Of a DNA stretch of 63,007 nucleotides, positions 9,424 through 18,955 are shown piece by piece. A model generated the notes under the pieces. It worked only from the letters and a program-made list of their open reading frames with translations. It was not told the origin of the DNA and ran no database searches. Where the stretch lies: the NCBI GenBank assembly GCA_016213365.1, contig JACRAP010000015.1:1-63007 (forward strand), read 5' to 3'. Positions within the stretch are counted from its first letter, which is position 1. Every line of letters starts with the position of its first letter. A program made the translations under genes and the position numbers. The DNA is from Candidatus Berkelbacteria bacterium. Lineage in GTDB: Bacteria; Patescibacteriota; UBA1384; 2-12-FULL-50-11.

Positions 9424-12400
9424 TATGCGTCCTCCTTAACTTCTGTTTCTGCGGCTACTTTTTCCAATTCTTCAGTGACTTCGTGTATTTCTGGGGTTTC
9501 AACAGTTTCTTCTGTATTCCCTATTTCTACTGGAATCGCTTGCGTTTCGAGTAGCGATCGTCCGGCTTCGATTTTAGCAAGCTGTTCTTGATCTTCGATA
9601 ACCTCAACATTTAAGCAGAGACTTTGAAGTTCGCGAACTAACACTGCAAACGATGCTGGAACTTGAGGTTTTTGAATCTCTTCGCCCTTAATAATTGCTT
9701 CGTAAGCTTTAGCGCGACCGATTACATCGTCGGATTTAATAGTAAGCATTTCTTGCAAGCTGTGCGCGGCGCCGTAAGCTTCAAGCGCCCACACTTCCAT
9801 CTCTCCAAAACGCTGTCCACCAAATTGCGCTTTTCCACCGAGCGGCTGTTGAGTAACCATCGAGTACGGACCGGTTGAACGAGCGTGCATCTTGTCGTCG
9901 ACAAGGTGAATAAGTTTTAGGATGTATTTAGTTCCAACAGTTGTATTTTCGTCGTAGTTAACGCCGTCTCGGCCGTCGCGAAGTTGAATTTTACCGTTTA
10001 GTGGCAAATCAGCCAGTTTTAACTGTTCTTCGATGTCTTTTACGGGAACACCGTAGAATGCGGGGGTAGCAACAGTGTAGTTAAGTTTCTTAGCGGCCCA
10101 TCCTAGGTGCGTTTCTAAGATTTGTCCCAAGTTCATACGTGAGATTACGCCAAGCGGGTTTAGGATAATGTCGATCGGCGTTCCGTCTGGTAGAAATGGC
10201 ATATCTTCTTCTGGTAAACAGCGAGAAATTACGCCCTTGTTACCGTGTCGTCCGGCCATTTTATCACCAACAGTAATTTTTCTTAGCTGGGCAACCGAAA
10301 CTTCAATTTGCTGGTAAACACCAGCTGGGAGCTCGTCGCCACTTGCTTTAGAAAATACTTTTACTTCTACAACTTTTCCGCGCTCGCCGTGTGGCAATCG
10401 AAGTGAGGTGTCTTTAACATCTTTTGCTTTTTCACCAAAAATTGCGCGAAGCAGTTTTTCTTCAGCAGTTAATTCGGTTTCGCCGCGTGGGGTAATTTTA
10501 CCAACCAAGATTGCGCCACCAGTTACTTCTGCACCGATTCGAACAATTCCTTGTTCGTCAAGATTTGAAAGCGCTTCGTCACCGACGTTTGGGATATCTC
10601 GGGTAATTAGTTCTGGACCGAGTTTGGTGTCGCGGACTTCAGCGGAGTATTTTTCGATATGAACCGATGTGAAACGATCATCTTTAACCAAACGTTCAGA
10701 AATTATTATTGCATCTTCGTAGTTGAAACCGCCCCAGCTCATATACGCTACAGTTACGTTTTGACCGATCGCTAATTCGCCTTCGTCTGATGCGCTTGAA
10801 TCGGCAATTACTTGGCCGGCTTTAACTTTTTGGCCGAGTTCAACTGAAGGACGTTGGTTAATACAGGTACTTTGGTTTGAACGAACAAATTTAAGTAACG
10901 AGTAGGTTTTTTCGCCGTTTGTTCCTTTAATAACGATTTTCTCGCCATCAACGTAACTTACGGTTCCGTCGTTTTCAGCAACGATCAATTGGCCGGAATC
11001 TTTTACGGAATTTTCAAGCCCGGTTCCAACAACTGGCGCTTGCGGTTTAATTAACGGTACCGCTTGACGTTGCATGTTCGATCCCATCGAGGCACGAACC
11101 GCTTCGTCGTGTTCAACGAACGGAATCAAGGCAGTAGAGATACTAACTGTTTGTTGTGGCGAAACGTCGATATAATTGATATTTTCAGCGCTTTCGACGA
11201 TCGGTTCGCCGGCTTTTCTGGCAACAACTTTTGCGTCGATTATATAACCTTTGTCGTTGAGTTTTGTTGAAAACGGTGCCATTATAAACTGCTCTTCTTG
11301 AAAAGCGTCGAGATACTCAACTTTACTTGTAACCTGGGCTTTACCGTTTTTAACTTCAACTTTACGATACGGCGTTTCGATAAATCCGTATTCGTTTACT
11401 CGAGCGGATGCGGCTAAGTACGAAACTAGACCGATATTTTGACCTTCTGGAGTTGTAATCGGACAAATTCGGCCGTAGTGAGATTTGTGAACGTCACGAA
11501 CGTCGAATCCGGCGTGTTCACGCGATAAGCCGCCGGGACCGGTAGCAGACAAGGTTCGCTTATGCTCTAACTCTGCAAGTGGGTTAGTTTGGTTCATAAA
11601 CTGGCTCATTTGGCTGGAAGCAAAGAATTCTTTAAGTACTGCCGCAACCGGACGACTGTTAATTTACGCGATTGGGTTTACGTCGTCTGGGTCGATAACT
11701 TGGCTCATACGATCTTTAATAATTCGCTCCATTCTAAGCAAACCAACTCGAATTTTGTCGCGAACTAACTCACCAACTGCGCGAACGCGTCGGTTTTTTA
11801 AGTTATCGACATCGTCGGCTTCGCCATATGGATCGTTATTTAAGCGAATAATCTCGCGAATAACTTCAACAACATCTTCAAGCCGTAGTACTCGGTTTTT
11901 CTCTGTGTTAGGAATATTTTGACCGAGACGTTGGTTTATTTTGTAACGACCAACTCTGCCTAAATCGTAGCGCTTTAAGGTGAAGAAAATAGATTGGACA
12001 AATTGTTCGGCGGTTTCTGGGGTTACTAAATCACCCGGACGGATTCTCTTGTACACTTCCACCACAGCTTCTTCGTAAGTTTTAGCAGGATCGCGCGCTA
12101 AAGTTGATTCGATAAAAGGAGTTTCTTTATTAGTATCGACATCTGCAAAAAGCTTTTTGATGTCTTTATCTTCGAGCTTACCAAGTGCTCTAAGGAAAGT
12201 GGTAATTGGAATTCGGCGCTTGCGATCAACTTTTACAGAGATAATATTTCTGGAGTTTGTTTCAAATTCTAGCCACGCGCCGCGATTTGGAATAATTTTT
12301 GCGCCAAATAGCTTTCGTCCGGCTAATTCTTCAGCGGTAAAGAGTACGCCGAAAGATCGAACGATTTGAGAAACGACCACGCGCTCTACGCCGTTAATAA

Positions 12401-12743
12401 TGAAGGTGCCGCGCTCTGTCATAAGTGGATAATCGCCCAAGAACACTTCGGTAGTTTTAGTTTTTTTAGTTAATTTATTGGTGAGTTTAATTTCACAGCG
12501 AAGAGGTGCTTTGAAAGTTAAATTTTTATCCTTTGAGGTTTTTTCGTCGTATTTTGGTTTATCAAGTGTGTATTTATCAAATTCTAAAGTAAACAACTTG
12601 CCAGTAAAATCTTCTACTGGTGAAATTTCTTGGAGAAGTTCGCCGATCCCTTCCTGAAACAGCCATTCGTAGCTTTTTAACTGTACTTCAATTAGATTAG
12701 ATAAAGTGCTATTTGTTTCTATCGGTCTAAAATACTTACGCAG
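9423..12743 (-). CDS. rpoB: RNA polymerase beta subunit, interrupted by an in-frame TAA at 11664-11666; probable CTG start
   Basis: The N-part reads (L)[35 protein letters not shown]. Across the stop, the same frame continues [36 protein letters not shown]... SD AAGGGAGG lies 5 nt before CTG 12743. Confidence 0.85.
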
Positions 12744-12886
12744 TTTGGCCTCCCTTGCCCCTATTAATTATTTATTATGTTTAAATTGTGTGAGTTCATA
12801 CACACCAAAATACTCTTCGTAGAGCACTTTATAGCTGACTGTATGTCGCTTAATATTTTTTCACCTCAATTTACTTAACTGTTACT

Positions 12887-12915
12887 AGTATACACAAATA
12901 ACTATTACAGGTCAA
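12887..12915 (-). promoter_or_regulatory. sigma70-like promoter TTGACC-17 nt-TATACT upstream of rpoB
   Basis: On the minus strand, -35 is at 12915-12910 and -10 at 12892-12887. This implies a 5' UTR of about 140 nt. Confidence 0.45.
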
Positions 12916-12947
12916 TATCCTTACTGAACCCCGGGTTATTAGATTAC

Positions 12948-13910
12948 TTATTCAAATAATTTTATAAATTCATTTCTAAGCGTATTAATATTTGTTTTCT
13001 TTTCTGCAGATATAAATATTGCATCCGGAAATGATTTTTTAAGTGCTTTTAATTCGGAATCTTTTAGTAAATCAATTTTATTGATTATTAAAATTTTAGG
13101 TTTTTCAAGTAGTACTGAATCGAATTTCTGTAATTCATCGTTAACTGTGTCGAGCGATTGTTGAATGTCGTTCGTTGCGTCTACCACGTGAGCGAGCGCC
13201 TTAACTCGTTTGGTGTGCTTTAGAAAGCTGTCGCCTAGTCCCCTGCCTTTATGTGCGCCTTCAATTAAACCCGGCAAATCAATTAGTGTTATAGTTAAAT
13301 CTTCGTGACGTAGCACCCCAAGGACTGGTGATGTAGTAGAGAATGCAAACGCCCCAATTCGAGCTTCCACACCTGTTAGCGCGTTAATAATCGATGACTT
13401 ACCGGCGTTTGGCAATCCCACAAGCGCAACATCAGCGATCATTTCGAGCTGTAAAGTAACTTCTCTGGTTTCGCCGTGCGTGCCTTTTGTTGATTCGGTC
13501 GGCTGTTGATGAGTTGCGGTAGCAAAGTGAACGTTACCCAAACCACCTTTTCCGCCACGAACAATTAAAATTTTTCGACCGTCTGTATCTAAATCGGCTA
13601 AAACTTGATGATCTTGATTGCTTAAAACAATCGTTCCAACCGGAACTAATAATTCAAGATCTTCCCCGCCTTTTCCGGCCATTTTTTTACTTCTGCCGTT
13701 TTCGCCGTCGTGAGCTTTGAATTCTTTTCGAAACCTAAAACTCGAGAGCGTATCTTGATTATGACTGGCTCTTAAGTAAATTGATCCGCCGTCGCCGCCG
13801 TCGCCGCCGTCTGGACCACCTTTTGGTACGTATTTCTCGCGACGCCAAGAGACCACGCCGTCGCCGCCTTTACCGGCTCGTAAAGTTACGTCAACCGAAT
13901 CAACTAACAT
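12948..13910 (-). CDS. obg: GTPase Obg (short form with no C-terminal extension)
   Basis: 320 aa. Gly-rich Obg fold GKGGDGVVSWRREKYVPKGGPDGGDGGDGG plus the G domain GLPNAGKSS. Confidence 0.93.
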   Translation of the reverse strand: MLVDSVDVTLRAGKGGDGVVSWRREKYVPKGGPDGGDGGDGGSIYLRASHNQDTLSSFRFRKEFKAHDGENGRSKKMAGKGGEDLELLVPVGTIVLSNQDHQVLADLDTDGRKILIVRGGKGGLGNVHFATATHQQPTESTKGTHGETREVTLQLEMIADVALVGLPNAGKSSIINALTGVEARIGAFAFSTTSPVLGVLRHEDLTITLIDLPGLIEGAHKGRGLGDSFLKHTKRVKALAHVVDATNDIQQSLDTVNDELQKFDSVLLEKPKILIINKIDLLKDSELKALKKSFPDAIFISAEKKTNINTLRNEFIKLFE

Positions 13911-15340
13911 TACTGGGCACTAAAGACAATGTCTAACAAATCTTTAAATAATACCGTAGGGTTATTGGCAAATGTGGTGTAGTAATTAATTCGAAGGGTA
14001 CCATTTACTATCGGTGGTAGAGATATATTTCCCTTTGCTACTAATATTGTAAACCAAGAAGAGCTGTTAATTGGGTTTGTAAAGGTAATTTTACCCTCCG
14101 AACCATTTAAACCAAGGGCGGTGAAAACCCCACAACCAGCTGATTTTGCATTATTTTGAAAAGTTATATTTCCAGCAACAATAAAGCCAAATCGAGTCGT
14201 ATTTTGATCACATATTATATCGTTATTGATTATCAAATCTCCTCTTACAACAACTGTTCCTGCACCTATAAACCTAATTGCTTGAGTTCCACTTCTACTA
14301 AGCGTGTAATTACCATTTGGCGTATACCACAATTTTCCTTCGGGTGGTGAGCTAAATGCGGATATATCATTAATTGCTGGGTCTGATTTTGAGTTGAGAT
14401 AATAAGTATTTGCGTTAAAAGTACTATTTGGTAGTGGTGTACCTTTTGAATATTTATCATATAACGTCTTCAATTTCGCAGAAACAACATTCCAATCGAT
14501 ATTAGTAGATTTACCTGTGTATCCTTGTAATATATTAATTTGATCACCGCTTCTTATACTTACAGTACCACCAAGAGCAACTGCCTTAGGAGTAGAAAAA
14601 CCGTATCCACTACTATCCCCGGTTGGTGAGGCAGTGTTTCCCTGAAACTTAATTCCAGCATCGGCTAGTTTTAGGCTTTGTATTAAAACTTGATTCATAA
14701 CACGCTCACTACTTAGGCCCTGGAAATGATATTCAAACTCGGACTTAAGACACAGACTAGTATAATCAGTGGTTGTTCCATAACCACAATTATCATCACC
14801 CGGATATCCCCTGTTAATATTGCTACTGCCAGCAGATGATAAATTATCAAGATAGTTTTCTACGGTTTTTGTGGTAATTACAATGCTGTTTTGATTACCT
14901 TTATATGGTTTGAATGTAACTTTAAATTCATAAGACTTTGGTGGCTTAATAAAGATAAATAAGTTACCGGCAGGAGGTGGGGAGTATGCTTTGGCTTGGT
15001 AGGACTGTAATATCTTTTCTGAAATCTTATTAAGATTATTGATAAGACTATTAGCAGCAGTTAGCTTTTTTATATCAGTAATTATTAACTCAGAGTAATC
15101 GTCGTACGGATTTGATACGGTATCAGCACCAAGAATCTTATATTCTAATTTTGATCCATTACAATCGGTTGCGGTGACTGAACACGGTGCGCCGCCATTA
15201 TAGCTAACCTCTTTTGGTGTTAACACGTAGCTAGGTGGAAAAGTTATTTTTAAATAAGGCAACGTTGCGGCGCTGGCAAAGGTTGGAAAAATTATTGCGG
15301 AAAGTAACAAAAATAAAAATCTATATTTATTAACGCTCAT
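13910..15340 (-). CDS. secreted hypothetical protein (signal peptide; beta-rich, Asn/Gly/Thr-rich)
   Basis: 476 aa. N-terminus MSVNKYRFLFLLLSAIIFPTFASA is followed by a non-hydrophobic body. No recognised catalytic motif. Confidence 0.6.
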   Translation of the reverse strand: MSVNKYRFLFLLLSAIIFPTFASAATLPYLKITFPPSYVLTPKEVSYNGGAPCSVTATDCNGSKLEYKILGADTVSNPYDDYSELIITDIKKLTAANSLINNLNKISEKILQSYQAKAYSPPPAGNLFIFIKPPKSYEFKVTFKPYKGNQNSIVITTKTVENYLDNLSSAGSSNINRGYPGDDNCGYGTTTDYTSLCLKSEFEYHFQGLSSERVMNQVLIQSLKLADAGIKFQGNTASPTGDSSGYGFSTPKAVALGGTVSIRSGDQINILQGYTGKSTNIDWNVVSAKLKTLYDKYSKGTPLPNSTFNANTYYLNSKSDPAINDISAFSSPPEGKLWYTPNGNYTLSRSGTQAIRFIGAGTVVVRGDLIINNDIICDQNTTRFGFIVAGNITFQNNAKSAGCGVFTALGLNGSEGKITFTNPINSSSWFTILVAKGNISLPPIVNGTLRINYYTTFANNPTVLFKDLLDIVFSAQ

Positions 15341-15674
15341 AATATGTAATTCCCCCTTGAATTCTTGCCATATTAAACCCCCCAGAAACTACATTAAGTT
15401 TGGTAGGTCCGTTAATCGTAGGGTCGAAATTATATAGTGGAACTGCTGTATTAGTCATTGAATTTGGTAGTGGGTTACCTGAAGATTGTCTGTCACTGAC
15501 TTTTAGCCCATATATTATTCCATTTACCAATTCAGAATCTTCTGGAGAAACTAACTGCTGAAATTTAAACGCACCGTAAGTAACCACCACAAGCAATCCA
15601 AGACCAGCAAGAACCACATAGAGGGTTTGTTTATTAAATTTAACCTGACGTAGCTTTTTAAATAAATTTTTCAT
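15330..15674 (-). CDS. small N-terminally membrane-anchored hypothetical protein
   Basis: 114 aa with a single TM, LYVVLAGLGLLVVVTYGAF. It overlaps the next ORF by 11 nt. Confidence 0.55.
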   Translation of the reverse strand: MKNLFKKLRQVKFNKQTLYVVLAGLGLLVVVTYGAFKFQQLVSPEDSELVNGIIYGLKVSDRQSSGNPLPNSMTNTAVPLYNFDPTINGPTKLNVVSGGFNMARIQGGITYYER

Positions 15675-17216
15675 CTACTTATTATTTAATGTAACACTAA
15701 TTGCGGATGGAAGAAAACTAGTTAGCGATACTCCTTCTATTAATACAAAATCACTTGAAATTATATTTACAGTATAAGTACCTGCCGACTGATAACTGGA
15801 TAGATTAAGTTTGAGTTTTACATCGGATTCTTTCAAGGAATTTAGAATGCTACTCTGGGCGCGAACTACTGCCGCAACCGAAGTTGGGTTAATTGAGGTT
15901 ACTTTTAGGTTTGATGAAAGCCCGGAATATTCAATTTGCGGAGTAATTTGTTTTGTAGATTGTATGTTTGAAATAATAACAGTTACTGACACACTACTAT
16001 TAGTTGAGTCAACTAGCGTAATTCCGTTTGGTACTACTAAATTAACCTTTAGAGTTTTATTGGCACTTAAACCGTTAACGTTAATCGAAGCGGTTTTAAG
16101 AAATGTAGTATCGTTAATAATTTCACGCGATCCAGTAACCAACACAACCGGTGGGTTAATTGAAATACTACTTACCCAATACCCGATCGCAGGCGTACCG
16201 CTAAAATCAGGAGATATTCCGACCGCCTTCTGACTACCGCTGGTAATAAGCGGTACTTTTACTTCTACTTCTGTTGGGGATATTTTAATTCCCGGTATTG
16301 TCTGTCCCGCCGAATCGAGTGCGCTAAGCGTAACTTTTTTAGTGATCGGCGAGGTACTCTCCCCTTCAACGTCAATAACTGCCGTTACCGAATTAATGTC
16401 GTTAACTACAGATTTGGCGCCGGTAATTTCAACTTTTTCAGGCGTTGAAGTACTGACGTCGGCGATTAAATTATTTGCCGGTTTACCAGTTACTTTTACG
16501 CCAACTGTTACAGTTTTTTTTATCACCGGTTGAAGTGAAACGATTATTTTAGACGGGTTGGTCCGCAAAATCTCAACGCTAGAGAGCTTACTGCTTACTA
16601 AAACCGGCAAATCAAACGTACCTTGATCTCTTTTGGCGGTATCAATTGATGCCGAGAATTGATCGGCGCTAAGCGACGCCCAAACATCTTTAGGAGCACG
16701 AATAATTACTTTCACTGTGTTTTGACTACCGACATCGCCGCTAACACCGTCGGCAAGATTTGCCAGTTGAATCGGAATCTCTTGAGGGAATTCGGCAGTT
16801 TTGGTGTTAACACCGCTTGAAAAAATCGTCAAAATTAGCCCTAAAATTAATGAAATTATAACAATAGGAGCTTTTCCAAGAAGCGGTTTTTGTATTTCAG
16901 TTTCTTTTGGCGATAATAATTGTGACCAATCACTTCGAAATAAAACCGGTAATCCGATAACGTGAGCGATTAGCAGAATTTGTAAAACCAGCCTTAAAGC
17001 GTCTAGGTTAAATAAACTTGAGATGATTAAAATTACAACTACCAGCGTTAACGAGCCGATATATCGCCAACCCTTAATTGTGTTGAAGAACCTTAAAATA
17101 AAAAATAAAAATACTGTCGTTACTGCCGCATCTATAAAGACCCAATACGAACCAGGCGACGTAAACGGCCCGTACGTTATAAACCCAAACCAAAAATCTT
17201 TAAGTTGTTCAGTCAT
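15675..17216 (-). CDS. membrane protein: CdaA-like N-terminal TM module fused to about four YbbR (CdaR-type) repeats, with no diadenylate cyclase domain
   Basis: 513 aa. The N-terminal TM region ends ..GLPVLFRSDWSQLL, resembling CdaA ..FQPELRRALEQL. The rest is repeated YbbR-like units such as V.V.G.P..v..v..v.v.vdv.g. Confidence 0.6.
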   Translation of the reverse strand: MTEQLKDFWFGFITYGPFTSPGSYWVFIDAAVTTVFLFFILRFFNTIKGWRYIGSLTLVVVILIISSLFNLDALRLVLQILLIAHVIGLPVLFRSDWSQLLSPKETEIQKPLLGKAPIVIISLILGLILTIFSSGVNTKTAEFPQEIPIQLANLADGVSGDVGSQNTVKVIIRAPKDVWASLSADQFSASIDTAKRDQGTFDLPVLVSSKLSSVEILRTNPSKIIVSLQPVIKKTVTVGVKVTGKPANNLIADVSTSTPEKVEITGAKSVVNDINSVTAVIDVEGESTSPITKKVTLSALDSAGQTIPGIKISPTEVEVKVPLITSGSQKAVGISPDFSGTPAIGYWVSSISINPPVVLVTGSREIINDTTFLKTASINVNGLSANKTLKVNLVVPNGITLVDSTNSSVSVTVIISNIQSTKQITPQIEYSGLSSNLKVTSINPTSVAAVVRAQSSILNSLKESDVKLKLNLSSYQSAGTYTVNIISSDFVLIEGVSLTSFLPSAISVTLNNK

Positions 17217-17257
17217 CCCCTCAACTATAATTTAACTAATTAGAATTATTTACGCAA

Positions 17258-18955
17258 TTATTTCTCTTCGCGAGATTCGATAAACGCTATTACGTCGCCT
17301 TTTTCAATTATAATATCGCTAGCTATTTCCATTCCGCACTGTGTGCCAGATGCAACGCTTTTGGCTTCTAATTTTCCGGTTCGAATTGTACTTACCTTCG
17401 CTTTGCCAATTTCCTCTTTATCGCGATAAATAACCGCTTCGCAGTCGCCGTGAATTTCGCCCTGGGTAACTTCGCCACCAATAATCGATAATTTGGCTTT
17501 GGAACTAAATATTTCAAGCACTTTTAATCTACCAATTTCGACTGTAATAAATACTGGTGTTGCAATCCTTTTAAGCTCACTTTGCAAAAATTCGATCGCA
17601 TCGTAAATAATCCAGTAATCTTTTATTTCTACGTTTTCTTTTTGAGCCAATTCAATTAATCTTTTGATCGTTTGAACTCTAAAGCTAATTAGTAGCGCCG
17701 AGCTGGCAGCAGCTAACTTAATATCATTTTCAGTAACTGGGCCAATGCCGCTTTGGACGATATCGATTGTTGCGTCTTTTACTTTTAACTTTTTAATCGA
17801 ATCCTCCAGCGCCGCGAGCGACCCACCGACATCGGCTTTAATAATAATAGGGTAGGTATTCTCCCCTTCTTTTGCTAATTTCCCCTTGGCACCGTGATTT
17901 TGAGTCATCGAGCGAGCGACTTTTTCGTTTGGCACAACTTCAATTCGATCGCCGAAACTCGGTACATCTTTAAGACCAATTAATTTTACGGGCATGGCAG
18001 GCGAAGCGGAACTAATTGTAACGCCCAAATCATTTTGAAGCGCCCGAATACGTCCGTAGGTTTTACCGACTACCATTACTTGCCCTGGTTTAAGCGTGCC
18101 GTTATAAACTAAAACTGTTGCTGTTGGGCCGATTTGCTTATCAAGATTCGCTTCAATAACAATTCCCTCCGGCGTGCTGTCTGGATCGGCTTTTAAGTCG
18201 AGTAAATCGGCGGTAAGTATTATTAAATCAAGTAGCGAGTTAACACCTTCCCCGTTCTTTGCAGATACAGGAACGATTACCGTTTTTCCGCCCCATTCTT
18301 CTGGTACTAGTCCTTGATCAGATAACTGTTGTTTAACGCGATCTGGATTTGCATTTGGTAAGTCGCATTTGTTTATCGCAACAATTAACTGCACATTTGC
18401 TTTTTTGGCGTGTTCAATTACTTCAACTGTTTGAGGTTTTATGCCGTCATCTGCGGCAACAACTAAAACAACGATATCCGTTAGGGTTGCGCCGTGCGAT
18501 CTAAGCGCCGAAAACGCTTCGTGTCCTGGCGTATCGATAAATGTAATTTTGCGTTTATCTCTTTCGCTAGTAGTAAATTCAATTTGGTAAGCGCTAATGT
18601 GCTGTGTAATGCCACCCGACTCACCAGCAGCAACGTTTGCCTTACGAATAAAATCGAGTAACGATGTTTTGCCGTGATCAACGTGTCCCATAATCGTTAC
18701 AATTGGCGGACGACTAACGGCGTCTTTACTACTTGAGGTTTTACTAATTGAAGTCGTCTCTTCTTGCATTACGCTGTAACCAAATTCTTCTGCAATTAAA
18801 CTGGCAGTATCGTAATCTAAATTTTGATTAATATTAGCCATAACGCCGCCTTGAACCAGTTTTGAAATCAACACAGTTGGGTCAACGTTAAGTTGACTTG
18901 CCAGTGAGCGAAGCGAAATTTCTTCGCCAATAGTAATCTGATTGTCTTGTGACAT
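17258..18955 (-). CDS. infB: translation initiation factor IF-2 (short N-terminus)
   Basis: 565 aa with [20 protein letters not shown] and NKCD motifs. Confidence 0.95.
   Translation of the reverse strand: MSQDNQITIGEEISLRSLASQLNVDPTVLISKLVQGGVMANINQNLDYDTASLIAEEFGYSVMQEETTSISKTSSSKDAVSRPPIVTIMGHVDHGKTSLLDFIRKANVAAGESGGITQHISAYQIEFTTSERDKRKITFIDTPGHEAFSALRSHGATLTDIVVLVVAADDGIKPQTVEVIEHAKKANVQLIVAINKCDLPNANPDRVKQQLSDQGLVPEEWGGKTVIVPVSAKNGEGVNSLLDLIILTADLLDLKADPDSTPEGIVIEANLDKQIGPTATVLVYNGTLKPGQVMVVGKTYGRIRALQNDLGVTISSASPAMPVKLIGLKDVPSFGDRIEVVPNEKVARSMTQNHGAKGKLAKEGENTYPIIIKADVGGSLAALEDSIKKLKVKDATIDIVQSGIGPVTENDIKLAAASSALLISFRVQTIKRLIELAQKENVEIKDYWIIYDAIEFLQSELKRIATPVFITVEIGRLKVLEIFSSKAKLSIIGGEVTQGEIHGDCEAVIYRDKEEIGKAKVSTIRTGKLEAKSVASGTQCGMEIASDIIIEKGDVIAFIESREEK

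Noticed and set aside
12780-12866. 28-codon ORF in the rpoB 5' UTR (SD GAGGTG, ATT start; KRHTVSYKVLYEEYFGVYELTQFKHNK).
   Set aside because: It depends on a rare ATT start, has no recognisable family and cannot be supported from sequence alone. It is noted only as a possible leader peptide.
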